From positions 317,626,001 to 317,690,000 of the forward strand of contig OZ024743.1 in NCBI GenBank assembly GCA_964016885.1: a DNA stretch of 64,000 bases, given 5' to 3'. Below are positions 57,872 to 64,000 of the stretch, piece by piece. How positions within the stretch are numbered: the first letter of the stretch is position 1; each line of letters begins with the position of its first letter. The notes under the pieces were generated by a model. It had not been told where the DNA came from and did no database searches. It saw nothing but the letters and a program-made list of their open reading frames with translations. This DNA comes from Eledone cirrhosa (Eukaryota). Made by a program: the position numbers and the translations under genes.

Positions 57872-58260
57872 ATCATCATCATCATTTTATGTCTGCTTTT
57901 CCCTGCTTGCAAGGGTGGGACGGGTCTTATTCAGCACAGCATCTCTCCACTTGTCACTGTCCTTCGTCATCTCAATCGTGAGCTTCAGCAATCTGAGGTC
58001 TGTTCTCACCACCTCCGCCCATGTTTTTCGTGGTCTACCTCTACCATGTCTTCCTTCAACTGGCATTTTCTGGCACTTCTTCACCCATCAGTCATCCTCC
58101 ATACGCATCACATGTCCATACCACCTCAGTCTCCTCTCTCGCACACTACATTCTATCCCTCTTATACACAGTTTCTCTCTCAACACATCCATGCTGGGTC
58201 CTTCACGCACATTGACATTGCACATCCAATGGAGCATGCTTGCCTCATTTCTCTCCAGTA
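57872..58260 (-). mobile_element. RTE subfamily C 3' end (short tail directly after the ORF)
   Basis: [14 protein letters not shown]...GRPRKTW...[13 protein letters not shown], then (GAT)n. Confidence 0.88.
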
Positions 58261-58655
58261 TATATATATATATATTTTTTTGTTGATCGACTTTTGTCCG
58301 AGGAAACAATGTTTCCGTTGGTCTTTCCAATTGAACATGAAATAAAGTGTCTTGCTCAACGATATAACGTATCACCCGGTCCAGGAATCGAACTGACAAC
58401 CTCACGATTGCGAATCCAGTTCTCTAACCAATCAGCCACACGCCTTCACAAGAAATGAGTTATTGGTATTTTCCTCCTCTTTCAGATCTCAACCGGCTTT
58501 GGAAGACCTGCTAAAGGTCACAGCCACTTCCTTTCCTTTGACTCAGGTCATTAATCCTTTTCATACCAAGACTGCCTGAAACCACCTCAGCTTCTATGAG
58601 ACAAAATGTTTGTTAAATATAAACACTTTATATAGTTAAATATAAACACTTTATA

Positions 58656-61600
58656 AGGCTACTACCCTGTCTTTAACCTAATTCATTCAATCTGAAAATA
58701 TTGAAGAGATAAGACACTTTCCCATTCTTCTCTGCTAAAATGTATCACTAGAGCTGATTCCAATTTTTCCAGCCATCCATCTAATCTACGAAGGTATTTT
58801 AGCCTACATATTGTCGTTAATATTATGATGTTCCCTGCTGTATTAGCGTTAAATTTTCCCTGCTGTATTAGCGATAAATTTTCGAGGGTTTCTCTTAGTA
58901 GTTTTTCATGACGTTAATTTTACTGATGTAGTATTAACTTATTAACTTGGATATTTACCATGCGGTATTCTAATCCTATTGTATCTCTCTCAGTTATTTA
59001 CCATGCGACCCTCAGTTCCTACCTCACAATTTCCCTTCCCCCCCCCCCACCCCCACACACCACCATAGTCTATTCGACCAATCAAACCTAGCATGCCATT
59101 TCCACTGCTGCTGCTACTACCTGCCTAACTAACTCTCTCCTCCTCTGGCGCATCCCAACACACCCTGCCATCACCCCACCACCACTGTTCTTCTAGCCCT
59201 CAATTTTCCCACCGTTATGGATGGATGAGCTGGGAATACACGAGCAACTCTGAATCAATAGATGAAATATGAATCTGCAAGCTACCAAGCACCCACGTGA
59301 AGCGCCAACCCAGAGACCCTCCCCTACGAGTGTCGACAAATGCCCAAAACTCCGAGTTGGTACCATCAATGTAGGCACAATGAAAGGAAGAGCAGGAGAA
59401 ATCGTAGAAATGCTAGAGCGAAAGGAAGTTGATGTATGCTGTGTGCAAGAGACTAGATGGAGAGGAGAGTCTGCTAGAGTCCTTGTAGGAAAAAGCCAGT
59501 GCTACAAATTTTTCTGGGTGGGAAATGACGATGGGATGGGTGGTGTAGGTATACTATTAGCTGACAAGTGGGTAGATAAAGTAATCTCAGTGTACAGGGT
59601 AAATGCAAGAATCATTAAACTCAGACTAGTCCTGAATAAGACAATTACCACAATAATATCAGCTTACGCACCCCAATCGGGGCTGCCAGACGAACTTAAG
59701 GATAGGTTTTACGAGTCCCTAATACACACTACTGCTCTAACAGACGACACGGACTTCCTAATCATTGCAGGAGATTTTAACGGGCACGTAGGTAAACACT
59801 GCGACGGCTTCAATAGAGTACATGGAGGCCATGGAGTTGGCACAAGGAATGAGGAAGGATTCAGACTTCTAGAATTCTGTGACGCCAATGACATGTCGAT
59901 ATGTAACACAAACTTTAAAAAAACCCGACAACCACCTGATCACCTATAGATCAGGGGAGCACTCTAGTCAGTTAGATTTTATCCTCATCAGAGGACGTGA
60001 CAGATGGACGGTCGTAAATACAAAAGCCTTCCCTAGTGAGGAATGTACATCCCAACATAGCTTAGTTGTCAGCGACCTCACGGTCAGAACTAGACGAGCC
60101 CTGAAACAGAGGCCAACCTGGAGAAGAAAGATCTGAAAGCTGAAAGTCCCCTCAACCAGTAACAGATTTAAAGATATTTTACTCAACGCCTACGACAGTA
60201 AAGAAGAACAGATAGAGACATTTAACGTAGAAGAGAACTGGGAGTTCCTAAAAAATAACTTACTAGAGGCGACGGATGAGGTTTGTGGCTGGAGTAAGAC
60301 CTCAAGCAGGAGGAGAGTGACTTGGTGGTGGAACAATAAGGTAGATGAAGCAGTCAAGGCCAAGAGACAGGCATGGAAAGAATGGAAGAACGGGGGGAGC
60401 AGGGTACATTACATAGAGACCAAGAGGGAAGCTAGGCGACAAGTATACTTAGCTAGGAGGGAAGCAGAGGATAGAAAATTCAAGCATGTTTTACAACGTG
60501 AGGACCAGAAACAGGAGGTATTCAAGATTGCGAGGCAGTGTGTCAGAGATAGTTGTGATGTCATTGGAGAGAAGTGTATCCGGAATGATAAAGGTGAGCT
60601 TGCCCTCACAAGTGCTGAGAAGAAAGATGCATGGAAGAGTCATTATGATAGATTACTAAATGAGGAGAATGCATGGGAAGAAGAGACCCTACCCCACGTA
60701 GACCCTATAGAGGGACCAGCAGTACAAGTCAGCGGCAGCGTAGTAAGTAAGGCAATCAGAGATATGAAGATAGGGAAGGCAACCGGTCCATCGGGTATAG
60801 CTGCCGAGATGCTGAAGGCATCTGGGTCTGTAGGTCACACTATAACCACACGTATCGTTAACCAGGTAATACTAGAGGGGGCCATACCAAAAGATTGGTG
60901 CAGTAGCATCATTGTCAACTGCTACAAAGGTAAAGGCGATGCACTAGATAGAGGAAACTATAGAGGTATAAAGTTGATGGACCAGGTCATGAAAGTAACA
61001 GAAAGAGTTATAGCACAGCTGATTAGGGACCGGGTGAATATAGACGAGATGCAATTTGGGTTTGTACCAGGGAAAGGCACCACTGATGCCCTCTTCCTTG
61101 TGAGGCAATTACAGGAAAAGTACCTAGCTAAAAGTAAGCCACTCTACTTGGCATTTGTCGACCTTGAGAAAGCCTTTGACAGAGTTCCACGTGCAGTAAT
61201 CTGGTGGGCTCTTAGAAAACTAGGAGTAGATGAATGGCTTGTGAAAGCGGTACAAGCCATGTATAGGGGAGCAGTCAGCAAAGTTAGGATTGGCAATGAG
61301 TATAGCGAGGAATTTAGCGTACAGGTTGGGGTCCACCAGGGCTCTGTTCTTAGCCCTCTCCTGTTCATCATAGTCCTGCAGGCAATAACGGAGGAGTTTA
61401 AGACCGGATGCCCATGGGAACTCCTGTATGCTGATGACCTCGCACTCATAGCTGAATCTATGGTAGAACTAGAGAATAAATTCCAAACCTGGAAGCAGGG
61501 ACTAGAGAGAAAGGGCCTCAAAGTCAACATGACAAAGACTAAGGTCCTTATAAGTAGACGAGAAAACAGAACCCAGATCCCCTCAGGGAAATGGCCTTGC

Positions 61601-62689
61601 TCAGTATGTAGGAAAGGTGTAGGTAGGAACTCCATTCTCTGCCCCACTTGCAAACAATGGGTACACAAGAGATGTAGCGGGATCTCAGGAAGCTTAATTA
61701 AGAATGTAGGATTCACATGCAGCAGCTGTGCTGAAACAGCAAGCAAACAGCCACAGGAAACAAGTACCACCAATCTCTGGGAGGGCCCTGCAGAAACAGT
61801 AGACAGCTTCTGCTACCTAGGTGACCGAATTAGCAACGGAGGTGGGTGCTCAGAAAGTACAATAACTAGGGTAAGAACGGGATGGAAGAAGTTTAGGGAA
61901 CTACTACCACTGCTAGCTGCAAAAGGCTTCTCCCTCAGAATGAAAGGCAGACTGTATGATGCGTGTATCCGAACAGCGATGTTGCATGGTAGTGAGACCT
62001 GGGCGCTGAAGGTGGAAGACTTACGTAGATTAGAGAGAAACGAAGCCTGCATGCTCCGATGGATGTGTAACAGTAATATACGTGAACGACAAAGCATAAA
62101 GGAATTGAGAGAGAGACTGAGCATAAGAGGAATCAAATGCTGCGTGCAGGAGAGGCGGTTACGCTGGTATGGACATGTGATGCGTATGAAGGATGACAGC
62201 TGCATAAAAAGGTGCAGAGCACTAGAAGTTGATGGAAACCGCGGAGTGGGGAGACCCAAGATGACTTGGGATGAGGTGATAAAAGCCGACCTTACCCAAC
62301 TACACCTCTCAAAGTCAATGACACACGACCGTGACTTCTGGCGTCACGCAGTAATACAGGGTACCCGACCTCCCATGGGTACATGCTGAAGCATATAAAC
62401 AATATGCCCCCCCCCCCCCCCCCACCGCAAGGTGGTCGTGGCGGCGCCACGGCAAAAAAGCACCCAGCCCACACTGTAAAGTGGACGTGTAGGCGCCACG
62501 AAAAAGCACCCAGCACTCACTGTAAATGAGGTTGGTGTTAGGAAGGGCATCCAGCTATAGAAATCAAGCCAGATCAGTTCCTGTATGAGCAAGGCATGGT
62601 CAGCCGACCAGACACTGCCCACAACAGGACAACCCGTCTAACCCATGCTAGCGTGGAAGAACGGACGTAAAACGGTGATGATGATGATG
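58656..62689 (+). mobile_element. Near full-length RTE-clade LINE (subfamily A): APE endonuclease + RT + PHD-like zinc finger; one frameshift (~59920) and one in-frame stop (60134-60136)
   Basis: ORF pieces 59269-59949 (TINVGT, VQETRW, GDFNGH), 59879-60136 and 60317-62389 ([29 protein letters not shown]); (GAT)n tail; flanked on both sides by a 23-bp tandem unit gttaaatataaacactttatata (TSD-like). Confidence 0.95.
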
Positions 62690-62744
62690 ATAGTTAAATA
62701 TAAACACATTATATAGTTAAATATAAACACTTTATATAGTTACG

Positions 62745-64000
62745 CATATATGTGACGCAAATAACCTAACTATCTGTAACACTAACTTCAAAAAACGAGA
62801 CAAACACTTGATCACCTATAGATCAGGGGAACACACCAGTCAGATAGATTATATCCTTACCAGAAGACGTGATAGAGTGTCTGTTGTAAACACTAAATCC
62901 CTCTCCCATGAAGAATGCACCTCCCAACATAGACTCATAGTCAGCGACCTCATAGTCAGGACAAGACGTACTCGACAACAGAGGAGGACTATCCTCAAGA
63001 GAAAAATATGGAAGCTAAAGGACCCCACAGCCAGTAATAAATTTAAAAGCATATTACTTGATGCTTTTGACAGTAAAGAAGAGCAATTAGAGTCGTATAA
63101 TATAGAGGAACAGTGGGAATTCCTGAAAGCTAACCTGCTGAAGGTGGCAGATGAAGTCTGTGGCTGGAGCAGGCCTATAAGCAGGAGGAGAGTAACGTGG
63201 TGGTGGAACAGTAAGGTGGAAGAGTCAATTAAGGCCAAAAAGCAGGCTTGGAAAGTATGGCGGGATGGGGAAAGAAGAGAATACTATCAAGTGGCCAGGA
63301 GGGAAGCTAGAAGACAAGTGTACTTCGCAAGAAGGAAAGCAGAGGAAAGAAAGTTCAAGCATGTTCTACAACGCGAGGACCAAAAACGTGAGGTGTTCAG
63401 GATTGCTAGGCAATGTGTCAAGGAAAACCGTGATATGGTCGGGGAGAAGTGTGTCCTTAATGATGATGCTGTACTTGCCATCACTGACGCTGATAAGAAG
63501 GTAGCTTGGAAGTGTCACTACGAAAGACTACTAAATGAGGAGAATAAATGGGAGAAAGACAGTCTCCCCCACATCGATCCAATAGAGGGACCAGTAGTGC
63601 TAGTTGAAGGTAGTATAATGAGTAAGGCAATCAAAGATATGAAGATGGGTAAGGCGGCTGGGCCTTCGGAAATAGTTGCTGAAATGCTGAAAGCATCTGG
63701 AATGGTGGGACACACTATGGTCACCCGGATAGTAAACCAAGTCATACAGAATGGGGTCGTTCCGAAGGACTGGCATAGCAGCATCATCATTAACTGCTTC
63801 AAGGGTAAAGGAGATGCCCTAGATAGGGGTAACTATAGAGGCATTAAATTAATCGACCAGGTCATGAAAGTCACAGAAAAAGTAATAGCACAACTAATCA
63901 GAGAGCGAATTGATCTAGATGAAATGCAGTTCGGGTTTGTGTCAGGTAAAAGTACCACAGACGCTCTTTTGTACGGCAACTACAGGAGAAGTACCTAGCT
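62745..64000 (+). mobile_element. 5'-truncated RTE LINE (subfamily B), runs off the window
   Basis: ORF 62808-63998 homologous to the APE C-terminus/RT N-terminus of the adjacent element. Confidence 0.93.

Noticed and set aside
58486-58520. Candidate SLC37 exon 6 after tttcag
   Set aside because: The translation (ISTGFGRPAK) does not resemble the expected TM5-TM6 GWR region and the donor is weak.
61144-62259. Antisense ORFs over RTE copies (also 9576, 22529, 33101)
   Set aside because: Shadow frames of the RT coding strand.

Overview
Repeat-dense eukaryotic DNA. The repeat landscape ((AT)n arrays, RTE LINEs, tRNA-derived SINEs, Helitrons, Penelope remnants) suggests an octopod or other coleoid cephalopod; that is inference. 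Most ORFs in the supplied track are microsatellite or LINE-antisense artefacts. Reading splice sites by hand reveals two head-to-head genes that the ORF track misses. (1) A minus-strand gene with four coding exons (31303-31229, 26254-26102, 25093-24962, 20787-20737) encodes about 136 aa, essentially only an HDAC6-type ZnF-UBP (BUZ) ubiquitin-binding domain; no deacetylase exons are visible. (2) A plus-strand SLC37/GlpT-family MFS transporter has five exons between 37958 and 56319 and continues beyond the window. Mobile elements include a near full-length RTE LINE with a PHD finger inside ORF2 (58656-62689), many RTE fragments, an internally deleted Gypsy element with LTR/PBS/PPT, a mariner with ~100-bp TIRs, piggyBac- and Tc1-like MITEs, Helitrons, and Penelope, CRE and Tx1 remnants. 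A tandem ~45-nt unit that can fold as an H-type pseudoknot is shared by LINE 3' UTRs and SINE bodies.
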